Part shown: positions 1 through 12,463 of the stretch, in pieces
Layout: each line of letters starts with the position of its first letter
Position numbering within the stretch: the stretch's first letter is position 1
Source of the DNA: Sulfolobus acidocaldarius SUSAZ
Lineage (GTDB): Archaea > Thermoproteota > Thermoprotei_A > Sulfolobales > Sulfolobaceae
Length of the DNA: 32,000 nucleotides
Direction of reading: 5' to 3'
NCBI GenBank assembly: GCA_000508305.1
Contig: CP006977.1
Span: 496,621-528,620, forward strand
The notes under the pieces: generated by a model
Seen by the model: only the letters and a program-made list of their open reading frames with translations
The model's database searches: none
What the model was told of the DNA's origin: nothing
Made by a program: the position numbers and the translations under genes

Positions 1-1775
1 TATTCTCCGGTCTCCTTTTGCAACCTATCGAGATAGCTTCCAAATTTGTTAACTCTGGGTCTTCCACTATCTGAATCCCTCCTGAATGTAATGCCCAATT
101 CTTTTAGGAATTGGTTCATTCCCGTTGCTAAGCTTTGAGGAGATCTAGATATTCCCTTAGATCCAGGAACACCAGAAAATACCATAATTCTATCAGCTAT
201 ATAGTCATGAATTGCTAAATCATGATCTACAACAAATGTAACACTTTTCCTCTCTCTACTAACTCGTTTTATTGCTTTAGCAACTATATACCTTTCCTCC
301 ACATCCAAATATGAAGACGGTTCATCAATAACATATATGTCAGCCTCTTTTGCCAAAGCTCCTGCTACATATAATTTTTGCAACTCCCCTCCACTTAGAT
401 CCCTTACATTTGACTCTAATATTCTGTGTAAATTTAACCTCTTTATGACCTCTTCAAAGAACCAAGATGATGAGGACAAAATATCCTTTCTTACATTTTC
501 TAGGTATTCCTGAACAGTACCTTCATAATTAGGAGCTAGTCTCTGAGGCTTATAAGATAACGTTAAACCTTCAGTTAGTACATTACCATAATCAGGAGTT
601 ATTTCAGAAACTAATATTCTCATAAAAGTCGTTTTACCTATTCCATTAGGTCCTACTATACCTATAATCTCTCCCTCTCTTGCATTTCCTTCCTCAATAC
701 TTAAAGAGAATCCATTTAGTTGTTTTTCCATTGCCGTCCAAATAACTTTTGTAACTGCATGTGGGTTAAGATCTAATTCAGTTAACTCACGTAAATTAAA
801 TTTAATTGCGTCTGATCTAATTTGAATATTTTCTGCAGGTAAATAACCATGCAAAAAATTATTTATCCCAACCCTGGAACTATAGCTTTTTGATACTCTA
901 CCATATACTGAGCTTTTACCATATATTATATGAATGACATCCGCCAAATAATCTAGGACTATTAAATCGTGCTCAACAACTATAGTGTATCTTCCTTTAG
1001 TTAACTCTCTTATTGCTATAGCTAAATTTATTCTCTCTCTAATATCCAAATATGAGGAAGGTTCATCAAACAGATATACGTCAGCATCTCTTAATAATGA
1101 AGCTGAAACCAAAAGTTTTTGAAGTTCTCCGCCACTTAGGACACTTACGTCCTTTTCCCAAAAAGGTGTTAAGTTTAACATTGACTTTACTTCATCAATT
1201 TTTCCTCTTTGATCAACTTTAGTCAACAGATCTTTCACACTTCCCTTTAGATACTTGCTAGCATATTCCACGTATTGTATTTTATGCACTACTTTCAGTT
1301 TATTATTATACAATGATTGAAAATAATTATAAATTTCCTTTCCCTTAAACCTATCCAATACTTGATCTTTAGTTAATACCTCTTGTGGATTTCCAAAGTT
1401 AGGTATTAACTCCCCGCTTAATATCCTTAAAATAGTAGATTTACCTGTACTATTTTTACCTAATATTCCAATTATACTTCCTTTCTTCGGCGTTATCATA
1501 CCAAATAACTTAAATCCATTTACCTTGTATCTATGCGTTTCATCTTTCCCATATTCATCTGGTAGGTTTACAATATCTATCGCATCAAAAGGACATTTCT
1601 TAATACATATTCCGCAACCAATACATGTCTCCTCATAAATAATTGGTTTTCCTTTCACTATCTCTGATAACTCAATGGCTTTGCTACCTGATTTATTAAT
1701 AGGGCAAAAAGCTATACATTCTAGTCTACATTTATCAGGTTTACAATAATCATAATTTATTACAGCAACTCTCAC
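1..1775 (-). CDS. abce1: ABCE1 / RNase L inhibitor-type ribosome-recycling ABC ATPase. The C-terminal end runs off the window start.
   Basis: This ORF is not in the track because it is open at the window edge, so I translated it by hand. The N-terminus RVAVINYDYCKPDKCRLECIAFCP...ETCIGCGICIKKCPFDAI carries two 4Fe-4S ferredoxin-type Cys motifs. There are two Walker A loops (GILGKNSTGKST near 1450-1490; IVGPNGIGKTT near 620-655). There are two LSGGELQKL ABC signatures (near 1115-1140 and 375-400). The only in-frame start after the upstream stop (1803-1805) is the GTG at 1773-1775. Confidence 0.9.
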   Translation of the reverse strand, partial: MRVAVINYDYCKPDKCRLECIAFCPINKSGSKAIELSEIVKGKPIIYEETCIGCGICIKKCPFDAIDIVNLPDEYGKDETHRYKVNGFKLFGMITPKKGSIIGILGKNSTGKSTILRILSGELIPNFGNPQEVLTKDQVLDRFKGKEIYNYFQSLYNNKLKVVHKIQYVEYASKYLKGSVKDLLTKVDQRGKIDEVKSMLNLTPFWEKDVSVLSGGELQKLLVSASLLRDADVYLFDEPSSYLDIRERINLAIAIRELTKGRYTIVVEHDLIVLDYLADVIHIIYGKSSVYGRVSKSYSSRVGINNFLHGYLPAENIQIRSDAIKFNLRELTELDLNPHAVTKVIWTAMEKQLNGFSLSIEEGNAREGEIIGIVGPNGIGKTTFMRILVSEITPDYGNVLTEGLTLSYKPQRLAPNYEGTVQEYLENVRKDILSSSSWFFEEVIKRLNLHRILESNVRDLSGGELQKLYVAGALAKEADIYVIDEPSSYLDVEERYIVAKAIKRVSRERKSVTFVVDHDLAIHDYIADRIMVFSGVPGSKGISRSPQSLATGMNQFLKELGITFRRDSDSGRPRVNKFGSYLDRLQKETGE

Positions 1776-1798
1776 AGGTTCATCACGCTTTAGTAAAA

Positions 1799-1808
1799 AT
1801 ATTTATAG
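1799..1808 (-). promoter_or_regulatory. TATA box for the ABCE1 gene, which appears leaderless.
   Basis: The minus strand reads CTATAAATAT, centred about 28 nt upstream of the GTG at 1775. No Shine-Dalgarno motif lies in between. Confidence 0.4.
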
Positions 1809-1824
1809 CTTAAAAAATCTTAAA

Positions 1825-1929
1825 TTACCATTCTTCTTCCCAATCTTCCTCTTCTTCCCAATCTTCCTCTTCCTCGAACTCCTCAAATTCCTCTTCCCAA
1901 TCCTCCTCAAATACCAAAACATCCACCAC
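1825..1929 (-). CDS. Putative 34-aa hyper-acidic Trp/Phe micro-protein (MVDVLVFEEDWEEEFEEFEEEEDWEEEEDWEEEW); hypothetical.
   Basis: Hand translation gives a GTG start at 1927-1929, directly after an in-frame TAG (1939-1941), and a TAA stop at 1825-1827. The ORF is below the track's size cut-off. A TATA-like TTTATAAG sits 20 nt upstream, at the spacing expected for a leaderless mRNA. The sequence is low-complexity, so coding status is unproven. Confidence 0.35.
   Translation of the reverse strand: MVDVLVFEEDWEEEFEEFEEEEDWEEEEDWEEEW
1833..1868. repeat. Perfect 18-bp tandem duplication (cttcttcccaatcttcct x2), plus a 16/18 third copy at 1890-1907.
   Basis: Read directly: 1833-1850 is identical to 1851-1868. 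On the minus strand each unit encodes an EEDWEE-type module of the micro-ORF. Confidence 0.85.
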
Positions 1930-1949
1930 ATCAAGACACTATTATATTA

Positions 1950-1957
1950 CTTATAAA
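1950..1957 (-). promoter_or_regulatory. TATA-like box upstream of the acidic micro-ORF.
   Basis: The minus strand reads TTTATAAG, with 20 nt between the box and the GTG at 1929. This is typical Sulfolobus TATA-to-TSS spacing for a leaderless transcript. Confidence 0.35.
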
Positions 1958-2171
1958 ATTAACCTGCTAAAAACCAATTACGAATATAATGCTAATATAT
2001 AGATGTATGTTCATACTAATAAAATTAAAGCATTCAAGTTGTAAACTGATATTTGATAAGAAACCATATAATAGTATTGAGGTTCTCTTGACACTTTATT
2101 ATTTATCATGATTATAAGCAATTTTTAGACCAAGGTTATATATTCATACATATAATTAGATGAATTTAGAT

Positions 2172-2251
<80 letters not shown>

Positions 2252-2603
2252 GGGTACCCATACCCCCATTTTCATCTATATGAATTTAATATAAATTTCA
2301 ACTGTCCAGATTAAATAATCAATATAAATTTCCTTTTCCTCACCACTCATATTATATATACACAAACCTTTAACTTTCCTCGTATTTATAAGGAACAAAT
2401 AAGCTAATGTTATACTCTAAAGTTTGCACTTTAACTATAAGTTTTGATTTCACACTTATTATCACTATGAATCATGAAAATTTTTAGAAATTTATTGAGA
2501 AACCATAAGAAGCGTAAAATGTTCCATCAAAAAACTGTATCTCTAAAACCTTTGTGAAATGAATTAAAAAATAGATTATGAAAAATAAAAGTTCTAAAAT
2601 ATA

Positions 2604-3920
2604 CTATTCTTCTTCAAGTTCGATTCTTACTGTTTCTTTAGTTAATGAAATAACTATAGCAGAGATTACTCCATAAATAAATACCATCAGTGCTATGTAA
2701 GGCCATGCGAGTAGATAATTATTGTTAAATAATGCGTAAATGTAACTTGCTATCACTGGTGCTAATCCCCCAGAAATAGGAGTAGATAAATGGTAGCTAA
2801 ATGACGAACCAGAGTACCTGTATCTTGTAGGAAATTGCTCCGAAAAGAATGCAGAGTATACTGCATAACCTAAGTATCCGGTTGATATCAATACAGATCC
2901 TAAAACCATTAATCCGATATCTTTAGTATTCAGTAACATAAAAAATACAAAGATTAATATACTCGATACTACTGTCGAGATAATAATAACTGGTTTCCTT
3001 CCTACTCTATCAGCAAGGATAGCACCGACAATAATCAGGAACATTCCCACTATACTCGCAATTAATATTAATTCCTGCGGAAAAGATTGAGGAAATCCTA
3101 AGGCAATAATATAATATTGAACGAAACTTATAATTACGTAAAATAGAGCATTATTATACGCCCAGCCTAATGCTAGTAGTAGAACAGTTCTCCATTCGTT
3201 CTTTATAAGCCTTGCAAAAGGAATATTTAAAATAGCTCTTTTTTGAATAATTTTTTTGAACACAGGACTCTCTAACACTCTATATCTAATCAATGCACCA
3301 ATTAGTAAGATCGCTGCGCCTATATAATAGGCAACTCTCCATCCCCAATCAAAAAATGCTTTACCGGGAAAACTGACTTGTAATCCTATAAATGCGACGC
3401 TAGCAGCTATAATTCCTAATGGAACACCTTGCTGAACCCAGCTAGCCCAGAAAGCCCTATATTTACTTTTTGCAGCATATTCAGTTACTATTGTTGAAGC
3501 TCCGCCCCATTCTCCACCAACAGCTAAGCCCTGCAATAATCTAAATATTATCAATAAGATTGGTGCAAAGATACCTATTCCTGGCCACGAACCTGTTGAC
3601 AAATAAGGTGGAGTTAGACCTATACCTAGAGTACCTAGACCCATCAAAAGCAAAGTATATACAAGAGTTTCTTTTCTACCTCTTTTATCACCTATATTTC
3701 CAAAAATTATTGCACCAATTGGCCTATCTAAAAAACCTGTACTAAATATTAATAAAGAGTATAAAAGAGCTACACCAACATTTTGAGAATTAAAATAAAT
3801 ATAAGGCCAAACTGTTGAGGCAGCAGTCGCAGATATGAAAAAATCATACCATTCTATTGTTGTACCTATAGTACTTAAAGTAGCCACTTTTATTATATCT
3901 GATCTAGTGTACCCCTCCAC
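2604..3920 (-). CDS. Major facilitator superfamily transporter, probably a metabolite:H+ symporter type.
   Basis: The 438-aa ORF is very hydrophobic, with about 12 predicted TM segments. MFS loop motifs GDKRGRKETL (after TM2) and ADRVGRKPV (second half) are present. The start is GTG, preceded by TTTATAAA at 3943-3950. Confidence 0.8.
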   Translation of the reverse strand: MEGYTRSDIIKVATLSTIGTTIEWYDFFISATAASTVWPYIYFNSQNVGVALLYSLLIFSTGFLDRPIGAIIFGNIGDKRGRKETLVYTLLLMGLGTLGIGLTPPYLSTGSWPGIGIFAPILLIIFRLLQGLAVGGEWGGASTIVTEYAAKSKYRAFWASWVQQGVPLGIIAASVAFIGLQVSFPGKAFFDWGWRVAYYIGAAILLIGALIRYRVLESPVFKKIIQKRAILNIPFARLIKNEWRTVLLLALGWAYNNALFYVIISFVQYYIIALGFPQSFPQELILIASIVGMFLIIVGAILADRVGRKPVIIISTVVSSILIFVFFMLLNTKDIGLMVLGSVLISTGYLGYAVYSAFFSEQFPTRYRYSGSSFSYHLSTPISGGLAPVIASYIYALFNNNYLLAWPYIALMVFIYGVISAIVISLTKETVRIELEEE

Positions 3921-3942
3921 ATAATACTAAACGTTTTGACTC

Positions 3943-3950
3943 TTTATAAA
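3943..3950 (-). promoter_or_regulatory. TATA box of the MFS transporter gene, which appears leaderless.
   Basis: TTTATAAA is centred about 26 nt upstream of the GTG start at 3920. Confidence 0.45.
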
Positions 3951-4322
3951 TCTTAATTAATATTACTATTTTAACATTATATAAGTTCCTAGAATAACTT
4001 TTAAAAGATTAAAGATAAAAGTTTTAGCAAAATATAGTTTTATTAGCTAAGAAACAGTATTTAAGCTCTGTATATCGATATATCTAAAATGCCGTTAAGT
4101 TCGTAAGAGATTAATAAATATTTTAGTAGGAGTATTATTTAGAAAAAGAGAATGATAATCAGAGTGCTAATAAGAATTCTTAAACCAAGTTGGTTCTTTT
4201 TTAATTTAAAAATAATTTCCCTTATTTATAGCATTCTATGTTTACTAGTTTAAAGTTAAACTATGATATAAAAACTATTTTTCATAAATTCTTTCACAGG
4301 TGATTATTACACATATGACAAT

Positions 4323-4334
4323 TAAAAGAAAACG
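4323..4334 (-). terminator. Oligo-T tract downstream of tRNA-Ser and the S10 operon.
   Basis: The minus strand reads CGTTTTCTTTTAA about 25 nt after the tRNA 3' end. Archaeal RNA polymerase terminates at oligo-T runs. Confidence 0.35.
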
Positions 4335-4359
4335 ACTTGAACATCCTATGAGTTCACTA

Positions 4360-4444
4360 CGCCGGGGGCGGGATTTGAACCCGCGCGTGGAAGACCCACA
4401 CTGGCTCTCCAGGCCAGCCCCTTAGTCCGCTCGGGCACCCCGGC
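4360..4444 (-). tRNA. tRNA-Ser (anticodon GGA), 85 nt with a long variable arm.
   Basis: The reverse complement is GCCGGGGTGCCCGAGCGGACTAAGGGGCTGGCCTGGAGAGCCAGTGTGGGTCTTCCACGCGCGGGTTCAAATCCCGCCCCCGGCG. Anticodon stem CTGGC/GCCAG with loop CTGGAGA; a long variable arm of the type II Ser/Leu class; T arm GCGGG-TTCAAAT-CCCGC. Confidence 0.9.
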
Positions 4445-4484
4445 ATTATTAAGATTATACGAGATACCTATAAAAATAATCAAA

Positions 4485-4793
4485 TCAAATTAGCTCAATT
4501 TCTATGTATACATCGTCAGGTACTCTGACTCTCATTAATTGTCTCATAACTCTTTCGTCCGCTGCTATATCTATTATTCTCTTATGTACTTTCATTTCCC
4601 AATGTTCCCACTTTTTCTTTCCCTCGCCATGAGGAAGCCTCATTACCGGTACTTCCATCCTAGTTGTCGGCAAAGGAATGGGACCACTAACTTGAATACC
4701 AGTTTTTTGTGCCATATTTCTTATCTGATTAACCACGAAGTTCAAACTGTCAATATTACTGCTCCATAATCTTATTCGGGCTTTAGTAGGCAT
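4485..4793 (-). CDS. rps10: 30S ribosomal protein S10 (uS10).
   Basis: The 102-aa sequence [21 protein letters not shown]...[25 protein letters not shown] is a typical archaeal S10. A GGTG Shine-Dalgarno lies 5 nt upstream of the ATG. The position downstream of EF-1alpha is conserved. Confidence 0.95.
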   Translation of the reverse strand: MPTKARIRLWSSNIDSLNFVVNQIRNMAQKTGIQVSGPIPLPTTRMEVPVMRLPHGEGKKKWEHWEMKVHKRIIDIAADERVMRQLMRVRVPDDVYIEIELI

Positions 4794-4818
4794 AAAAACA
4801 CCTAATTTAAAAATATTA

Positions 4819-6126
4819 TTACTTTACCTCTACTTTTCTTGGTTTAACATCTATAATAACTCCAACACCGATCGTCTTACCCATATCTCTCATTGCGAAC
4901 CTGCCTAGTGCAGGGAACTCTCTAAACTTCTCTGCCACTAACTCCTTTATAGGTTTGAACTTAACAATAGCTGAGTCTCCAGCTTTAATGAATTGTGGAT
5001 TCTTCTCTGCCTCTTTACCGGTCTTTGGGTCAATTCTAGATGTAATTTCGGATACTCTGCATGCTATACTGGCAGTATGAACATGTAAAACTGGAGTGTA
5101 GCCCACTCCTACTGCTGTAGGATGCCAAATTACGATCACTTGCGCAGTAAACTCATCTGCAACAGTTGGTGGGTTTTGCACACTACCAGCAACGTCACCT
5201 CTTTTAACATCTTTCTTCTCAACGCCTCTTACGTTAAATCCTATATTATCACCTGGCTCAGCTTTATCTATTTTTGTATGATGAGTCTCAATAGATCTTA
5301 CTTCTCCTATCTTGCCTACTGGCATAAAGACAATCTTATCACCTACTTTAAGTACACCAGACTCTATTCTTCCAACTGGTACTACACCAACTCCAGAGAT
5401 CGAGTATACTTCCTGAATTGGAATCCTTAATGGTTTGTCCACTGGCTTTGGTGGAATTTCTAACTGATCTAAAAGTTCCTCTAATGTAGGACCGTTGTAC
5501 CAAGGCATTTTTGTAGATTTATGAGTTACATTTTCACCGTCTGGTGCGACTACAGGAACAAACTTAACTTTATTCATATCGAATCCAAAGCTCTTCATAA
5601 ACTTAGATACTGTATCTACAATTTCTTTAAACCTTTTTTCATCGTATGGTGTATCGGCTAAGTCCATTTTATTAATAGCTACTATAACCTGATTTATACC
5701 CATAGTCTTTGATAATATTATATGTTCTCTAGTCTGTCCTTCAGCACTCATTCCTGCCTCATACTCTCCTTTCTTTGCAGATACTACCAAAATTGCAGCG
5801 TCCGCCTGGCTTGCACCAGTGATCATGTTTTTGACAAAGTCTCTATGACCAGGCGCATCTATAACAGTAAAGAAGTATTTTCTAGTTTCGAATCTCATGA
5901 AAGATAGATTTATAGTAACTCCTCTTTCTCTCTCTTCCTTAAGTCTATCCATTAAGAATGCATACTTCTCGGAGTCCTTACCTAGTTTCTTTGCTGCTTC
6001 CTCAGCCTCTTTCACAGTCTTCTCGTCTATGAAACCTCTGTCCATTAGTAGTCTTCCAATTAAAGTACTCTTTCCATGATCTACGTGTCCTATGACGATT
6101 AAATTAAGGTGGGGCTTCTGTGACAT
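4819..6126 (-). CDS. tuf: Translation elongation factor EF-1alpha (aEF1A).
   Basis: 435 aa, with GTPase motifs [17 protein letters not shown] and NKMD. A GAGGT Shine-Dalgarno lies 8 nt upstream of the ATG. Confidence 0.98.
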   Translation of the reverse strand: MSQKPHLNLIVIGHVDHGKSTLIGRLLMDRGFIDEKTVKEAEEAAKKLGKDSEKYAFLMDRLKEERERGVTINLSFMRFETRKYFFTVIDAPGHRDFVKNMITGASQADAAILVVSAKKGEYEAGMSAEGQTREHIILSKTMGINQVIVAINKMDLADTPYDEKRFKEIVDTVSKFMKSFGFDMNKVKFVPVVAPDGENVTHKSTKMPWYNGPTLEELLDQLEIPPKPVDKPLRIPIQEVYSISGVGVVPVGRIESGVLKVGDKIVFMPVGKIGEVRSIETHHTKIDKAEPGDNIGFNVRGVEKKDVKRGDVAGSVQNPPTVADEFTAQVIVIWHPTAVGVGYTPVLHVHTASIACRVSEITSRIDPKTGKEAEKNPQFIKAGDSAIVKFKPIKELVAEKFREFPALGRFAMRDMGKTIGVGVIIDVKPRKVEVK

Positions 6127-6183
6127 ACTAATTACCTCTTACATTTTTATAACTAGACTAGCATTAAAAGTTTAGCTACAATT

Positions 6184-6771
6184 TTACCTAGAGCTTAACG
6201 CTATTCTCTCTATCTCTTCTTTCTTCCTTATTGCTACACTCTTATTATCATTATTTGCTGCTGCAATTATTTCTTCAGCCAACGCTTCTTCTATGGGTTT
6301 GGGATTGTTAAATGAAGCTTCGCTAGCTCCAGTAACTAAATGTCTTAATGCTAAGTCTACTCTTCTCTGGGGCGCTACGTCTACAGCTACATAGTAAACT
6401 ATTCCACCGTACATTATACGGGTTACTTCCTCTCTTGGAGCAGCATTCTCAATTGCTCTCACTAAAACTTGGATTGGATTCTGACCAGTCTTTACTGCTA
6501 TAATATCAAATGTTGTTTTTACTATGTTATACGCAAGCATTTTTTTACCTTTATTCCTACCTGGTCTCATTAAGTTATTTATCAATCTTTCTACTATAGG
6601 TATTCTTGATTTTCCAAATCTCCTATGCTCATGTCTACCTCCAGTATGTGGTAGGTATATAGACATTAAATCTATATATTTCTTTAAACTCGGATCTCTA
6701 ACTTCAACCTTAGTGTCCCACTTTCCAAATACCTTAACGTTCAAATTTGAAACTTCAATATTCTCAACCAT
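6184..6771 (-). CDS. rps7: 30S ribosomal protein S7 (uS7).
   Basis: 195 aa. Full-length resemblance to archaeal S7 (KVFGKWD...[36 protein letters not shown]). Confidence 0.95.
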   Translation of the reverse strand: MVENIEVSNLNVKVFGKWDTKVEVRDPSLKKYIDLMSIYLPHTGGRHEHRRFGKSRIPIVERLINNLMRPGRNKGKKMLAYNIVKTTFDIIAVKTGQNPIQVLVRAIENAAPREEVTRIMYGGIVYYVAVDVAPQRRVDLALRHLVTGASEASFNNPKPIEEALAEEIIAAANNDNKSVAIRKKEEIERIALSSR

Positions 6772-6852
6772 CTCTTTCTCCTCATTTACTTTACTGCTAC
6801 CTTAAATATATTATGAAGGGTTTAATAGAGTTTGTGTAGTAATAATTTATTA
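6772..6852. promoter_or_regulatory. Divergent promoter region between S7 and the DUF151 gene.
   Basis: An 81-bp spacer contains a single strong AT box, CTTAAATATATTA (about 6801-6813). It is positioned roughly 27-35 nt from both the S7 ATG (6771) and the TTG at 6832. Confidence 0.4.
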
Positions 6853-7344
6853 ATGCAACCTGCAAAAGATGAGGAGTTATTAAGAGTTAAGAAAGTTGAT
6901 GCATTCTTCTATCCTTTGAGAGGAATACCTACTATGGTTCTTTATCTTGAAGATGACAGAGAATTCAAAATGTTTCATATACCGCAAGAAATAGTATTAA
7001 TAGTGAATAAATTGCAGGGAAAAGAAGAATATGAACAGGTACTGGGTTTTGATAGAAGGGAGAGTATTTATGATGTACTATATGATGTAATGTCGTTTTC
7101 CACAAACATAAAAGATAGCATAAAAAATGTAATCAATCGTATAATAATTGATGATGTAATAAGAGAATACGGAGTATATGTTGCAACTGTAGAGTTCAAA
7201 TTTGATGGTATAATAATTGAAAAGAAACTAATACCTAGTCACGCAGTTGCATTAGCTCTGCTTTTCGATAGACCTATATTCATAAGAAGAAAGTTAGTTG
7301 ATGAGCAGGAAAAAGAAGAGAATAAGGAAGGAGAAGGAACTTAG
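6853..7344 (+). CDS. DUF151 / bifunctional-nuclease (BFN) domain protein.
   Basis: The sequence fits the DUF151 pattern: IPTMVLYLEDDREFKMFHIPQEIVLIVNKL...RESIYDVL...GVYVATVEFKFDG...LIPSHAVALALLFDRPIFIRRKLV, followed by an acidic tail. The start is ambiguous. The ORF track uses the TTG at 6832, which would fit a leaderless mRNA from the 6801-6813 TATA. The first ATG is at 6853. Confidence 0.65.
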   Translation: MQPAKDEELLRVKKVDAFFYPLRGIPTMVLYLEDDREFKMFHIPQEIVLIVNKLQGKEEYEQVLGFDRRESIYDVLYDVMSFSTNIKDSIKNVINRIIIDDVIREYGVYVATVEFKFDGIIIEKKLIPSHAVALALLFDRPIFIRRKLVDEQEKEENKEGEGT

Positions 7345-7422
7345 ACAATAGTGTGTAGGATTATTTAATGAAAGTAAGTTCAAATTTAAAAAGCATTAAA
7401 ATATATAGGCTTACCTCGAAAT

Positions 7423-7866
7423 TTACCTTACTGGTTTCTGCTTCTTTCCCTTATACAAAGCGTCTAAGGAAACCCCGTTAACCATTACTACTTTATATCT
7501 AACACCAGGTAGATCACCCATTGACCTACCTAATGTACCACCTATACCTGCTATAACGACTTCATCGTGCTCATCTATGAAGTTAACACCACCGTCCCCA
7601 GGAACAAATGCTGTAACTATTCTTCCATTTTTAACTAGCTGTACTCTAACTGCTTTTCTCACTGCAGAATTTGGTTGCCTAGACTCTATACCAACTTTTT
7701 CTAAAACTATACCTCTAGCCATTGGTGCGCCTTCTAGTGGATCAAATTTCTCCTTTAGTGCCAACATTCTTCTCTTAAAGGACCTCTGGCTCCAGCTAAA
7801 CTTTAGCCTTTTTAATCTCAATTTCCTTGCTGCAAACAAACCTTTTGGAGATTTACTACCTGCCAA
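7423..7866 (-). CDS. rps12: 30S ribosomal protein S12 (uS12).
   Basis: [29 protein letters not shown] is an S12 hallmark. The track start (GTG at 7875) lies inside a GGTGA Shine-Dalgarno. A TTG at 7866 follows that motif by 5 nt and gives a 147-aa protein beginning MAGSKSPKG. Confidence 0.93.
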   Translation of the reverse strand: MAGSKSPKGLFAARKLRLKRLKFSWSQRSFKRRMLALKEKFDPLEGAPMARGIVLEKVGIESRQPNSAVRKAVRVQLVKNGRIVTAFVPGDGGVNFIDEHDEVVIAGIGGTLGRSMGDLPGVRYKVVMVNGVSLDALYKGKKQKPVR

Positions 7867-7879
7867 CCTGATCACCTAA

Positions 7880-8311
7880 TTATACTACAACAACAGAATC
7901 AATATCCAAATACCTTTTTAATATTAACTTAGCCCTTTCAACATTTCTTCCATTCTTACCTATAGCTATTCCTTTATCCTGCGGTTCTACTGTTATATAC
8001 ACAGTCTTTTTCGAGTTAGATTGAACCACTTTTATTGTTTTGACTCTTGCAGGGGACATTAGATTCTTCACTAAATCTTCAAGGTTTTCTTGGTATCCTA
8101 CAATCTCAACAGATTTATTTATCAATTTTTCTAGCTTTCTTACATTAAGACCATTCTTACCTATAGCTACTCCCATACTCTCTGGATTTATTAGCAATAT
8201 AACTCTGTTATTTCTGTCATCTATTATGCAGTCCCTTGCGGTAACTCCGGTTATATCTTGGAATAAAGACATGTATTTTAACTCTTCTGAAGTTAATTTA
8301 ATTTCTGGCAC
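7880..8311 (-). CDS. nusA: Archaeal NusA-like protein with two KH domains.
   Basis: 143 aa with two KH GxxG loops ([14 protein letters not shown] and [14 protein letters not shown]). The GTG start immediately follows the L30e TGA stop. A GAGGTGA Shine-Dalgarno lies 8 nt upstream. Confidence 0.9.
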   Translation of the reverse strand: MPEIKLTSEELKYMSLFQDITGVTARDCIIDDRNNRVILLINPESMGVAIGKNGLNVRKLEKLINKSVEIVGYQENLEDLVKNLMSPARVKTIKVVQSNSKKTVYITVEPQDKGIAIGKNGRNVERAKLILKRYLDIDSVVVV

Positions 8312-8626
8312 TCATTGCTTCACCTCTTTAATAAACTCTAAAATTTTTGATTCCCCTTCATCAACTATACCTATAACAGATACCATAAAAGGTTTACCGC
8401 ATAATGTCCCTAATTCATATCCGCTACCTTTATAGAGATAAATTGGAATAGCAGAAAATTTTGAAAATGTCATAATATCGTCTTTTAGATCCTGCCTTAG
8501 TGTAGAAGAAACTATTACTCCCTTCACCTTACCTGTCTTCAGCAATTTCAATGTCTTCCTTGTTCCTAAAATTACCTTACCACTTCTGAGAAGTGTTTTT
8601 AATTCTCCTTCAAAACTTTGAGACAT
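8312..8626 (-). CDS. rpl30e: 50S ribosomal protein L30e (eL30).
   Basis: A 104-aa L7Ae/L30e-fold sequence (GKVILGTRKTLKLLKTGKVKGVIVSS). A GAGGTGA Shine-Dalgarno lies 8 nt upstream. It occupies the conserved position between rpoA'' and nusA. Confidence 0.9.
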   Translation of the reverse strand: MSQSFEGELKTLLRSGKVILGTRKTLKLLKTGKVKGVIVSSTLRQDLKDDIMTFSKFSAIPIYLYKGSGYELGTLCGKPFMVSVIGIVDEGESKILEFIKEVKQ

Positions 8627-8633
8627 TCATATT

Positions 8634-12455
<3,822 letters not shown>

Positions 12456-12463
<8 letters not shown>

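Noticed and set aside
3560-3745. Other short antisense ORFs in the track: 3560-3745, 4539-4769, 6524-6805, 7577-7879, 15751-15972, 21726-21920, 23556-23741, 25800-25982, 28208-28399, 29277-29597, 29711-29911 and 30696-31130.
   Set aside because: Each is nested in or overlaps a well-supported gene on the other strand and shows no family resemblance. Such ORFs are expected by chance in a genome with few stop codons on the antisense of GAA/AAG-rich coding sequence.
4071-4253. Features in the MFS/tRNA-Ser spacer: perfect palindromes TATATCGATATA (4071-4082), TAAGAATTCTTA (4170-4181) and AACCAAGTTGGTT (4183-4195, followed by a T6 run), plus a 33-aa hydrophobic mini-ORF (4152-4253, MIIRVLIRILKPSWFFFNLKIISLIYSILCLLV).
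   Set aside because: AT-rich palindromes of this size are frequent by chance in such DNA. The mini-ORF has only a weakly placed AT box, no Shine-Dalgarno, and codon content indistinguishable from the surrounding spacer. It is kept only as context for the long-spacer finding.
5122-6079. Plus-strand ORFs 5122-5430, 5722-5907 and 5897-6079, antisense to EF-1alpha.
   Set aside because: They are shadow ORFs inside one of the most conserved genes in the window, and their translations are featureless.
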